Origin: Cyanophora paradoxa CCMP329
Lineage: Eukaryota; Plantae; Glaucophyta
Direction: 5' to 3'
Length of the DNA stretch: 64,000 nucleotides
NCBI GenBank assembly: GCA_004431415.1
Contig: QPMI01000579.1
Location: 1-64,000, forward strand
Positions 48,763-61,100 of this stretch are shown one piece after another. Each line of letters opens with the position of its first letter. Position 1 is the first letter of the stretch. The notes under the pieces were generated by a model that was not told where the DNA came from, did no database searches, and worked only from the letters and a program-made list of their open reading frames with translations. The position numbers were made by a program, and so were the translations under genes.

Positions 48763-49368
48763 TCGGCTTTCGCCTTTCTTTCAAGTCCCTGCGAACCCCC
48801 TTGCGTCCGGGCATTTCTGTGGGTATCATTTTTATCATGATCAGTGTCAGTGCTTGCAGCTTTCAAGGTAGAGGTAGCCCCTGGTTGATGATCGTCTCTG
48901 TTGTACTATATTCTCATGATCATTCCTCGCTTTTCGTGTCCGGTCCGGCCTTGTGCGTGCTCCTCCGGGGTTTCGAAATTCATGGGCGTGCACGTGGGTG
49001 CCCACGCATGCTGCTTAATTTCGGAGTCCTGAGCATGTGTACATGTGTCGTGGCGCAGCATGCCGCGGCCGCAGTGTACATGTGCGCCCCTCCGGCCCCT
49101 CGCGCCGCGCCTGCCGCAGTGCCAGGCCGGGCCTGCCCTGTGTCCACACACATATATATATAGCTATAGCTAGCTCCGTCCGGCTCGATCCGGACTCGGG
49201 AGCTCGAGGGGGACTCCTCGGGGAGCACGCGAGGGGTACCCCTTGCAGCGGAAGCTGTGTGTCATTAAGCGCACGAGCGTCTTGGGCGAGCCTCCGCAGG
49301 TCCTAGAGCATGGCGCTGAAGATCGAAGGCTCGACCACAAGCCCGCCCTGCGCGCCCAGCAGAAACTC

Positions 49369-51625
49369 ATGCACACTGCAGACGCGCTCCAGTTTCTGGA
49401 GGCGGTAAAGAAGCGCTTCGCCGACGTCAATCCTGGGGTGTATTTTAGCTTCCTGGAGCTCGTTAAAAGTGCGCCGCTGTCGCCCGCACATCTGACTCGA
49501 GCGCTTCTGACCACCTTGCAGAATTTAAGCTAAAGCAGGTTCGAGCTCGAGCCGCTGGGATTAATTATAATCTTCAAGGTCGCGTGATCGACTTGCCTCC
49601 ACAGATCGGCCTGGCGGAGGTAAAGGAGCAAGTCATCACACTTTTCCGCGGCCACGCGGACCTGATTCACGGCGAGTCTGCATCGAGCTATCTGCTAGTC
49701 TTCGTTGTCTGAAGACATGATCTTCTCAGAGTTTAATATTTTTCTCCCGGGGGAGGCGCGATTCTCGGACGAGCCGGATGCGACAGCGGCTGGCGAACCA
49801 CGCCCTGCTGGCGACGATGCTTTGGCCCCGGCTGTCCGTGCTCCGCAGCATACCCCCAAAGTGGACATCGCAGATGCTATGCGGTACGTCCAGAAGGTCA
49901 AGGTGCGCGCTTGACCCTGTTGGTGTGACCAGCTGTCACTTTTGACTTGTGCTACAGTCGCGCTTTGGAGACAAGAGCGAAGCTTACAACACGTTTATGG
50001 ATCTGCTCATCAAATACAAGGATGGTCTGATCACGATCAACGAGGTCTTCAATCAAGCAGAGGTTGACCTGTTCCTGTCCTACTTGCCCTTCGCACTGCC
50101 TGACATGACAAGTCTAGGAGCTGTTCTGCAACGAACCTGATTTAGTGGACGGGCTCGCCGCTTTTGTGCCCGAAGCGACAAAGGATGCCATCCGCTCCTT
50201 CCGATCATACAACTCTCAGCGATGGGGAGGAGGTGACAGGCGGTGAGCTGCTTTTCTTCCTTGTCGACAAGATCCGTTCCCTGACTCCTTGAGCCAGAAC
50301 TTATGATGCGGTCGAGAATGCCGTCGCGAAACTGAAAAAGAACCTGCGCAAGACCCCTTTCTGGCCTGACGTTCTTCGGCTTTTGACACTGTACACGGAG
50401 GTGCTGCATGCACGCTTGCGCAGCAGAAGTTTCACTGCGGCTAACTCGTGTGCTAGGGCGTTCTGCTCAAGGAAGAGGTTCTGAACGTGCTGAACGATCT
50501 GATTGGGAGCTCGTTTCCAAAGGTTCTGCCATTGAAGTTTATAAGCTCCATCTTCTTGAGCTCGTTTGCAGACTCTAAAGGCGATTCGCGCAATCATGCC
50601 GCAAATTCGACATGCGGATGTGGATGGTCTGCATTCGTGTGCTCTGAAGAACTTCGTTTTCCAAGCTGAATGCAGATGACGAGGAAGATGTTGTTGATGA
50701 TGACGGACCCCCGCTGAAGAATCCGGTACCATTTTTTTCGGCTGCAAGTGCTAAAACGTTCCTGATATATTTTGCAAGTTCACGGGCAGAGGGCCCCCTC
50801 CTGGCTCCAAAGCCTCAAAATATTGGGGCATGTCTGCGTCAGAAGCTGCTGCGAATTGCAGTATTCGCTGTGGCCCTTCCTATCGTCAGCTGCCAAAAGA
50901 AGTGCATCTTGCATGCGATGCTCCACTGTTCATCGTTCTCACGGCACCGCAGTTTCCCATTGAGTTGCTAAGGAGCTCAGGGAGGACAGAGGAATGCAAG
51001 ACTGTGCTAAACGACACTTGGATGAGCGTTCCTAGTGGCTCAGAAGATTTCAAGCAAAGGAGAAAAAGCCAGTATGAAGAGAACCTGTTCAGAGTAGAAG
51101 ATGACAGGTTCGGCTATCAACATCCGTGATCTTTTGCCTTTTTTGAAGGTTTTCACAGGTATGAGCTCGACATGCTCATTGAGACAAACAAGTCTGTTAT
51201 CCGAGTGCTCGAGGTTTGTGCTGCAGCTCTAATTGTTTTTGTGCTCGCTATTTTGATCCACGTTTCAGATGGCGGAAGCCGACATTGCTCAGCGTGCTGG
51301 CAACAGCCAACAGGGGGGTCATGAGGCAGAGGGTGAGGGTGCGATTCACATAGAGGAGAGGTTACTGCGTGCGCTTTTTCATTCTTGGCCAACGTGGCCT
51401 GCATTTATTCTCACGTACTCGTCCTCAGCATTCCACGTGAAGGCGATTAAGCGAGTGTATGGGGATCACGGCTCAGAAGTGTTGGAGCACCTCAAACGGG
51501 AACCAGTTCAAACGATCCCAATTGTCCTGGCACGTCTTCGGCAGAAAGCCACGGAGTGGGACAACGTCAAGACTGAGATGAACGTCCCCTGGCTGTTCTC
51601 CATCAGGAAATCGACGAAGAAATAG
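49369..51625 (+). CDS. Sin3-like corepressor (3 PAH plus HID), lacking the C-terminal domain
   Basis: [13 protein letters not shown] and [16 protein letters not shown] repeats; [46 protein letters not shown] and VLARLRQK; stop at 51625. Confidence 0.85.
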
Positions 51626-51739
51626 CAGGCTCTGAAGGTTATATTTGTACAGTTTGAGTTTCAATGGGGGTCAAGTACAACTACATGTGACAGCTTATGT
51701 GCTATAGCGCTAGCTGGCTCATAGCTGTAGCTCACCTAG

Positions 51740-53149
51740 TGGAATGTGGCATCTAGCTCCAAGCTCACTGTAGAGAGCTAGGACGGCGAGCCAGGGAATG
51801 ACATATCCCAGAAACCAGCTGGGGTTGCAGGCGGTGTGTGCTGCATTCGATGGCGGGAATTGCCGAGGGCGTGGCGGCATTCTGGTCGCACGCCCATCGC
51901 ATCATACCACTGCAGCCCCGGTCAGTTTGTCCCCATGTCTATGCTGCTCATCATCACCTTTTCGCATGCATCACACTCGCGCCCAGGCAGAAGCTCTCTA
52001 TCTGCTTTCTTGCGTACGACCTCCACGTACTTGCACTGAGCTTGCTCGCTGCGTCTATTGCGCGATGGGAAATGAGGTCAGTGGAGGTCAGCAGAAAGCT
52101 AGACAAAGGTGGTGTCCACCTTGGACCAGCCCTGTCTACGGCCACCTCGCGATTCTCTTTGTCTGACGAGTTATGTGAATGGGCACTCCGAACACTACGT
52201 GTTGGAGCAGCATCTAAGGGGATAAGTCGTCCTGTTAAAGATCAGAGATTGCATCAGTGTGAGCCAAAAAAGAGAGCACCGCTGTTTGCAGGGCGGCGCT
52301 CCACTGGAGCGGGCGGTTGAGGGGATGCATCGCGGCTTGCTTCCCCTGCAGGCGGGCAGTCTGGCCTGAGCCGTTTGGGGGGCTGAAGGGCCATCAACTC
52401 TTGAAGGATAGGTGGCGTGGGTGGTTCAAAAGCTCCCACGAACCAGGCGCTTGACTGCAATTATCTCTTCTTCGTCTTCCTCTTGATGGTCATCCTGTGG
52501 GGGGATGTGCTCCGCTGGTGCTTGAACAGGGGCGGCTTGTGCTCTGGGAAGACAAAGGCATCACGTATTCGCCCATCAGATTCCCCTCGTACACGCACGG
52601 GATCGGTGGAGTTCGCTTCGCTTTTAGTACTGGCGCGAGTGACTTGATCACGCGAGCGAGCGAAGCTTTAGTACCTGCCGCACCGCTTCAGAAGGCGACG
52701 CGCTTGAGGCGGGAACAGCCAGCGCACCGAGGTGCCTGGCTCGTTCCGCTTCCAGCTCTTCCCGCAATACGTCGCAGCAATCGCATCTGCACAAGCAAAG
52801 CCGCTTTCAGTGGACGGGCGAGGATACGATTGGAAAGCGCACGTTGCGGTTTGCTCTGGCTCTGCACGGTCTCCGCCACCCTGCAGCACTGATCAATCAC
52901 GGCGCATAGCGAGTACGTGGCTTTTCACCTCCACGACGTCGCTCCTCAAGCTACCAGCGCGCAAAAACTGCGGTTCGCGTTCGTGTGCCTCGTACTGGGC
53001 TGCGGGCTTTCCTTGCAGCGCTGCGGGCGCTTCTCAGCTTTCACAAACTGAACACGATGGCTCGCCGCACCGCTGTAACCGCGCTTCGGCGGGTCCGCGT
53101 GCGGGCGGTCCGAGACCACAGCGCCGCTCGCTCCTCCCGTACGCCTCAT
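51740..53149 (-). CDS. Possible hypothetical multi-exon gene
   Basis: ATG at 53149 is divergent from PSF1 and plausible splice signals follow. No consistent protein or family could be reconstructed. Confidence 0.25.
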
Positions 53150-53315
53150 CGCGGGGCGCAGCCCGCCCTTCTGCGTAGCTCGTTGAGAACAGCGCGGTGG
53201 CAGCTGGCAGTACTAGCTATAGAGCCAGTTCACTGTTTCTGAATTCGATTTCGTGAACCCCCAGAGAGCCGGCCAGACCCGACCTGCCTTCGCTGCTGCG
53301 GAACAGCGCGCAGCG

Positions 53316-54124
53316 ATGTCGCGGAAGCCCTTATACGGAGAGCGCGCAGTGGAGCTACTGCGGGAGCTCCAGCGCGCAGATGCGGAGAACGGCTTCATCC
53401 CACAGTACAACGTGCCCGCCGCCCGCCGCCCGTTCCCCAAGCGCGCTCATTCTCAGCTATGATGCAGGAAGAGCGCATCAGACTGGTCATAGACGAGGTG
53501 AAGGACCTGCATGACACGATCCAGCAGTTGCTCGAGTGCGAGCGTTCCCGCGCTTCCGCGTTCATGCTCTCCCTGAATCAGAGCAGGCTCCGAAGGAAGA
53601 GCGAGAATCAGAACGAGTTGATAGTGTCGTTGAACGTGCACCACCACGCCGTCCTGCGGAACAAACGCATTCTCCTTGCATACCTGTGCGGAGCTGTTAT
53701 CGTACGGCCGCACGTGCAGCTGATTTTTCGTCGTAGGAACAGCAGATTGCGCAAGATCATAGGCCTGCGGTGGGGAGCGGCAGCGCCACCCGATCCGGAG
53801 AAGGTTATGAGCGCGGAAGAGAAGGACTTCCGGTCCGGCTACGACCAATTGCTCAACGAGTACACGGAGGCCGTCGGAATCGACGTGCTCACGGTAAGCT
53901 GCTCACCTCGTAGCTATCACTGACGCGCAGCCCTCATGAGCGGCCCGCAGGACCTGGAGCCCCCGAAGGACCTCCTTGTGGAGGTCCGGGTCGTCAAATC
54001 TGCAGGAGAGGTGGCGACGGAGTGCGGCAGCGTGAAGCTTGAACAGGGGAGCCAGCTCTATCTGAGGCGAGGAGATGCACAGCAATTGATACAGCAGGGG
54101 CTAGTGGAGCCAGCACACAGGTAG
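53316..54124 (+). CDS. PSF1: GINS complex subunit Psf1
   Basis: YGERAVELL, LRNKRILLAYL, MSAEE and DLEPPKDLLVEVRV...LIQQG. Confidence 0.92.
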
Positions 54125-54171
54125 CGTGTTAGTGGTGCTTCATCGGCGTACATTCAAAGCATATACGACGT

Positions 54172-54985
54172 TCACAAGAGGCTGGGGTCAACACGCTGGA
54201 GGGCGTGCAGGGCGCGCCCAATGTCAGCCATGGCGGAGCAGACGATCTGAAGCTCGGAGGGGTCGGTTGCGGTCTTGAGCGCCCGCGTGTAGAGGTCGAG
54301 CTTCTGCACGAGCGCGTCCAGCGCGGCCTCCAGCCCCCGAGAGCGTTCCATCGCAGCCGCGCTCCGCACGGGCGTGCCGCTGCCGACAGCTTGTGCGGGC
54401 CCCTGCGTCGCCCGCGATGGCGCGATCGGGGTCCGGGTGTCGCTGAGCAGAGACGATACCGCGCGGGAAGGCTCCGCAACCGGAGAGGGCCGCGCGGCCA
54501 CGGGAGGGGCCGCCTCAAACTCGTCGGTGAGTACGCGCCGCCGCTTCTCGTCCTGCGCGTGCGGTGTGAGGATGCATCCGTCAGCCTCATCCTCATGCCA
54601 CCCACCTTGAAATCCATAGCGGGCTGCGGGGCAGACGGCGCGGGGGCTGGAGCCGGCGCGGGAGCCGAGGGGCTCGCGCCTCCGTCCTCGCGCACGAAGG
54701 CGTTGCACGATACGCAGAAGCGCTCCCCCTGCTTGTTACGGACGAGAGGCACCTGCCGTGCGGCATGAGCTAAGCGAAAATCGAGACCCAAGCACTTACG
54801 GGGCAGCCGGCCGGGCACTGTTCGTTCAGAAGCGCCCAGCGCTGCAGCATCTTCTCGGCGATGCGTGCCGAGCACATATCGCTGTGCTTCCGCCGAGCCT
54901 CGAACGCCTCGTTTTCCTCAGCTGCGCGACGCGTCAGGCACAGCGCGCGGGGCTTGCACCAGCACGCACGAGTCAAGCCGTCCAT
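54172..54985 (-). CDS. SSSCA1/ZNRD2 (Auto_anti-p27 zinc ribbon) protein
   Basis: SARIAEKMLQRWALLNEQCP...PLVRNKQGERFCVSC. Confidence 0.8.
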
Positions 54986-55185
54986 TCTCGTTGAAATGAG
55001 TGCTTATGGTGCAGCAATACACGAGGCAATGAAAGCCGAAGGCAGTGGAAGGCAGCAGAAGGCAGCTACTAAGGCAGTAGTAAGGCAGCTACTAAGGCTA
55101 CTTTCAAGGGTACAGCCTGTTCAGGGTGGCGCCGCTCCGACGCTCCGCCAGCGGCCGCAGCAGCAATTTAAAAAGGTCCGTAGAA

Positions 55186-58100
55186 ATGGCGGAGCTAATT
55201 GATCAGAAGTTTCCGTCGCACGCGCTGCTGCCGAAGCACGAGACCGGCGCGATTTCGTTCCTGCGCAAGCACCCGCAGTGCGTACACGTCCCGCGCCGCC
55301 ACGTACGCACGCGCGGACGCTGAATGGGCGCGCTTCAACCTCGGCAGTTCAGACGGCCGCGGCACCGTCGTGCGTGACTTCGACGACGCCTGAATGACTC
55401 CGGTCCGCGTTGAGCGCTGGCTCGTTGCAGGTTGCAATCCTGGATACGGGCGTGGACCCCGGCGCTCGCGGCCTGCAGGTGGGCCTTGCGTCGCCTGTGC
55501 CGCGCGCGGCGGCTGAGACCGCGTCTAGGTCACGAGCGATGGCAAGCCCAAGATCATCGACATCATCGACTGGTGCGCGCGGCCCTGGTCGGGGAACGCG
55601 CGCGCCGCTGACCGGGGAGCGCGCGTGCGGCGCTGACCGGGCGCGCCCAGCTGCGGGAGCGGGGACGTCGAGATGACGGTCGTGCAGGCGAGCACGGACG
55701 CGGAGGGGAAGCTCAGCGTGAAGGGCCCCAGCGGACGCACCCTCCTCCTGAACCCCTCGTGGGCGAACCCAACCGGAGTCGTGCGCTTCGTTCCCGAGGG
55801 GCGCCCCGCCCAGCGCGGCTGACGCGGTCGCGGGCACGGGCAGTGGCGGGCGGGCCTGAAGCGCTCGTGGGAGCTCTACTCGCCGAACCTCGTGCCCGTG
55901 TACGCGAAGCAGCGGAAGGAGGCGTTCGAGGCGCAGCAGAGCGCCCTCGTCGCCGGCCTCGCGCGGGAGCTGGCGGAGTGGGAGCAGGCGCACCCCTCGG
56001 GCCCCGCCAACGACGCGGAGACGGAGGCGAAGGCGGAGCTGGCGGCGCGGCTCGAGGCGGCCAAGGAGCTGATGAAGGGCTGGGAGGACCCCGGCCTCAT
56101 CCTCGACTGCCTCGTCTGGCACGACGGCTCCGTCTGGCGCGCCGTCGTCGACTCCTCCGAGACCGGCGACCTCCGGTGCGGCCGCCGCCCTCTGCCCCCA
56201 GCGCCCCGCGATCTCGTGAGCTGAGACGCCCCGCAGGAACCTGACCCCGATGAGTGCGCGTGCAACCCTCCCCACTTTCCTCCTCCCCACTTTCCTCCCC
56301 CCACTTCCAGTACGAATGATGTGCAATTCTGACGGCGAATTTTTCGCGCAGCCAACTACCGACTCGTGCTCCCCCAAGCCGTACCCCCGCCCCGTCCCTT
56401 CCGCTGACCCGCACCCTCCTGCAGGAGCGCCAGTTCTCCTCCTTCTGCGGCGAGAAGGACTACGTCAACTACTCGGTACCCCCCGATTCCCCCCAACCGT
56501 ATCCTCGAACTCCAACGCATTCCAGGTGAACATCTACGACGAGGGGCGTACCCTCTCCATCGTCACGACCGTCGGTGTGCTCCGCCCTCTTGAGCTTCGC
56601 GCCCTGCGGACCCTTCCCAACGCGGGACGGGGTACAGGCTCCCATGGGACTCACGTGGCGGCCATCGTGGGCGCCCACCACCCTGGTCCGCCGCTCCCCC
56701 ACCCCTCACTCCCCCTTCCCCACTAATTTCATCCCCCGTCCCGCAGGCAACGAGGAGCTGGACGGCGTAGCCCCCGGCTGCCAGGCTCGCCCCGCCCGTC
56801 TGAATCTAGTACCCGGGCCTCGCTCATCTCCCCGGCTCAGATTGTCTCTCTCAAGATTGGCGACACGCGTCTCAAGGGTGCGTATTCTCAATCCCCCCCC
56901 CCCCCCCCCTCATCCCCCCCTCGTGCTTCTAACTCCCTGCCTCGCAGGGGAGGAGGTGCCGATTCGTCCTCCCCGCCCCGCCCCGCCCCGCCCCGCCGCT
57001 CACACCGCCTCCCGCAGACGGGCACGGGCCTCACCCGCGCGGCTGCCGCCATCATCGAGGTGAGCGGCGCCCGTCCGAGGGGGCCCCGCGGAGCCCCGTC
57101 CCCCCGCCGCGGGTGGATGGACGAGAGCGCCGCGGCGGGGCCTCTGGCGGGGCGTGCCGACCAAGGGCCGGGGGCGCAGCACGGGTGCGACCTGGCGAAC
57201 ATGTCGTTCGGGGAGGCGGCGCTGGCGCCCAACGCGGGGCGCTGGGTCGAGCTCGCCCGCGACCTCCTCGTCCGCCAGGTCCGCCCGGCGCGGCGCCCGC
57301 GTGCCCCGAGGCCCCGCTGACGCCCTCCCCCTCCTCTTCCCCCTCCTCCTCGCGGGCAGCGGGGCCTCATCTTCTGCTCGTCGGCGGGCAACGGGGGCCC
57401 CGCCCTCTCCACCGTGGGGGCCCCCGGCGGCACCACGAGCGGCATCATCAGCGTCGGCGCCTACGTCAGGTGCCGGCCCCCGCCCCGACGCCGGCCGACC
57501 CCGCGCGCCCCCGACCCCCGCCCCGCCCCCGCCCTCGCCCGGCAGCGCGGCGATGCAGCAGGCGGAGTACGCGATGCTGGAGCGGGTGCCCGAGCAGCCG
57601 TACACCTGGTCCTCCCGCGGGCCCACGTGCGGCCCCTCCCCGCTCCTCTCCTCCCGCCACCTGCCAACATCCCGTCTTTACAGGACGGACGGCGACGCCG
57701 GCGTGACCGTGCTCGCCCCCGGGGGCGCCATCACCTCCGTCCCCCAGGTGGCCCCCTTCGCCGCTTCGCCGCCCCCGCCCCCGCCCGCCCGCCGGCCTCA
57801 CCGCCCCGGGGGCAGTACACGCTGCAGCCGTCGCAGCTGATGAACGGGACCTCCATGGCCTCCCCCAACGGTGCGCCCTCGCCCCGGCCCCGCCCCCGGG
57901 TCGGAGAGCCCGTGCCTCTGGGGGCCGCGCCCCGGGCTCAGCCCCGCGCAGCGTGCGGGAACCTGGCGCTGCTCGTCTCCGGCCTCAAGGCCGCCGCCCT
58001 CCCCGTCACCGTCCCCAAGCCCGCCCCGCCCCGCCCCGCCCCGCCCCGCCTTCTCTCTCGCCTCTGAGGCGGGGCCTGGCGGGGGCAGGATCGTGCGGGC

Positions 58101-61100
58101 GATCCAGAACACGGCGGAGCCGGTGGAGGGGACGCTGGGCGCCGGCCTCCTCCAGGTCGACCGCGCCTGGGACTACCTCCAGAAGTGCCCCCCGCGCGCC
58201 CCCGCTTCAAACCGAAGAAAACGGTTGCTGACGCCTGCGGCCGAAGGTACCCCGACTTCCCGGACTACCACTGCGCCTTCGAGGCCACGGTGCCCCCTCC
58301 AGCCTCCCACCTGCCTGATCCCTCCCCTTACACCCCTGCCCCCCTCCAGATCCCGGACCTGAACAACGCGCGGGGCTTCTACTTCCGCGAGGTGCACGAC
58401 ACGGGCCGCGTCACCCAGGCCGCCGTGCGCCCCCGTGCCCCTCTGCCTCGCGCGCCCTCGCCCCGCCCTCCGGCTCACGCCCCGCCGGGTGCGCAGATCC
58501 GGGTGCAGCCGCGCTTCAGGGACGAGGAGACGACGCGGTGCGAGCGAGGCCGCCGCCCTTCCTCCCCCCCCTCCCCTACCCCCCCCCCTCTGACCTCGGG
58601 TGCCCCGGCGGGGCGCGCAGGCGGCTGCAGTACGAGGGGCGGGTGGCGCTGACGGCGACGGCCCCCTGGGTCCGCGTCCCCGCCTTCCTCCTCCTCAACG
58701 GCGGCGGTGCCCGCGGCCCTCCCCCCGGCTACCCCCCTCTCTTCGTTCTTCTCGACCCGACGATCTTGTGGGGTGTCCCCAGGGCGGGACTTCCAGGTGC
58801 GGGTGGACCCGACGGCCCTCCCCGAGGGTCTCCACTACGCCGAGATCCAGGCGCGCACCTCCCCCCCCCCTCCTTTCCCTGTACCCCCCTCCCTGGCGAC
58901 CCCGGAAACGCGCAGGGCCACGACGCGGAGTGCCCCGGGCGGGGCCCCCTCTTCCGCGTCCCTGTCTACGTCTGCAAGCCCCTCCGGTGCCCCTCCCTGC
59001 GCCCCCTCGCCCCTCGCTCCCCATGACGGGCCTCAGTGTACCGGCGGGGAACGAGGCGGCGAGCGCGCGCTTCGAGGACGTGCGCATGGAAAAGGGCCGC
59101 CTCGAGCGCCGCTACGTCGAGGTCCGCCCCCTCCGCTCGCTTCGAGGGAGAGCGGCTGGGGCTCGAACAGAACGCACTAGTCACGTCTATCAGCTCAGAA
59201 TAAGTGAAGACGCCAGATGTTTGCTCCTCGCTCTTAGGAAAGGGGTCATTCGCTCTTCGAGCCATTAGGAAAGACGCCAGAAGTTTCAATAGCGTCAACG
59301 TGACGCTTCGTCGAGCGTCAACTCGAGCTGCTCCCAACAAGGCCCCCCTGACGCGCCGGCCTGCGTGCAGGTGCCGGAGGGGGCGGGGTGGGCGGAGGTG
59401 ACCTTCCGGGCGCGTAGCGTCCAGGGCTCCTCCCTCATCAACCTCGTGTCCGCCCCGCCCCCGGCCCCTGGCCCCCCCCCGCGCGGCTCACGCCGGCCCC
59501 CGGCAGGCTGTACCAGCTCTCGCGGCACCGCCGTTACTCGGACCACGAGTTCTCCTCCTACTACACCCTCACGGTGCGGCGAAGGCGGCAGACGGGGGCC
59601 GGGCGGGAGCAGGAGGGGGCGCCCTTGGCCTCGCGCCCTCCTGACGCCCGCCGCCCCGCCGCAGGTGGACAAGACGTGGACGGAGCGGGTGCGGGTCATC
59701 CCGGGGACGGCGATGGAGCTCGTCCTCGCGCAGTTCTGGAGCAGCCTGGGCAGCAGCCTCGTTTCCGTCCACATCGCCTTCCGCGGCCTCCAGGTACCCC
59801 GCCCCGCACGGGGAGGCTCTCCCCGCCCCGCCCCCTCAGGCCCCGCCGCAGCTCTGCCCCGCCGCCCTCCCCGCCCCCGTCGCGGCCGGCGGCGGCGCCG
59901 GCGGCGACATCGTCTTCCTTGACGCCACGTGCGCCCCTGCCCCCAACCCAACCCCAAACACATTTCTTTCTGTATCCCCGTTCCTCCGGCCTCACCTCGC
60001 GTGCAGGGACGTGGCGACGCGGATCGACGTGCGGGCGGCGGTCCGCCAGGAGGAGCTCGCCCCCACCGCCAGTGAGCGGGCCCGAAGCCGCCCCTCCACG
60101 CGCCGAGCGGCCGTCCGACCCCGCCCCGCCCCGCCCCGCAGCGCTGAAGTTCCACCGGCGGCACCTGCGCCCGGCCGAGTCGGTCGTGCGGCCGCTGGGC
60201 GCGCGGGACCTCCTGCCGCAGGGCAAGCAGGCGAGCCCCCGGCCCCTTCCCCCCGCCGCACCTCGCCCATCGCACCCCGCTCGAGCCGGGGGGCGGGCAG
60301 GTCTACGAGCTGCTGCTGACGTACAAGCTGAAGCTCGCCGAGGCCGCCGCCGTCACCCTCCGCCTCCCCGCCCTCCAGGCGCCCCCCGCCCCCTCCTGCC
60401 CCCCCCCTCCCTGCGCCTCACGCCCCCCGCGCAGGACTGGCTGTACGACGCGGGGGTGGACTCGGTGCTCTACATGGTCTTCGACGGGAGCAAGAAGCTC
60501 CTCGGCATGGGCGACGTCTACGTCAAGACCTTCCAGGCCCGCCCCCGCCTCCTCTCCCCCCGCCCCTCCCCCCGCCTGAGAAGCCTCGCGTGCAGCTGGG
60601 GAAGGGGGGCAGCGTGGTGCGGGTGCAGCTGCGGCACGACGAGGTCCCCGTCCTCGAGCGCCTCGCCCACATGGTACCCCCCCCTTCCTCCCCCGGCCCC
60701 GCGCCCCCCGCTCACCCCTCCGCCCCCGCCCCCAGGTCCTCGTCGCCGACACGAAGCTCGCCAAGGAGGCGAGCGCGCCGCGCCTCCCGCGCCCCGCCCC
60801 GCCCCCTCCGAGGGGGCCGCGCCGCGCAGGCGAGCGTGCCGGTGTACGGGACGCTGCCGGCGGCGGTGGCGGGGAAGGACGCGGGGGCCAAGCGGACCCT
60901 CCGCGTGGGCGAGCGCGCCACCCTCTACCTCGGCCGGCCCGCCCCCTCCCTGCCCGCCCCGCCCCCTCGCCCCCTCGCCCCCCTGCCTGAACCGGCGGGC
61001 AGGCCGGAGGAGGGCGGGTTCCCGAAGGACGCGGCGGCGGGGGACGCCCTCGTCGGCGAGCTCGCCCTCGAGAAGGCCCGCCCCGCCCCGCCCCCTATCC

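Noticed and set aside
55039-55102. AAGGCAG(CTACT) short repeats in the SSSCA1/TPP2 promoter
   Set aside because: Short degenerate minisatellite with no further supporting evidence of function.
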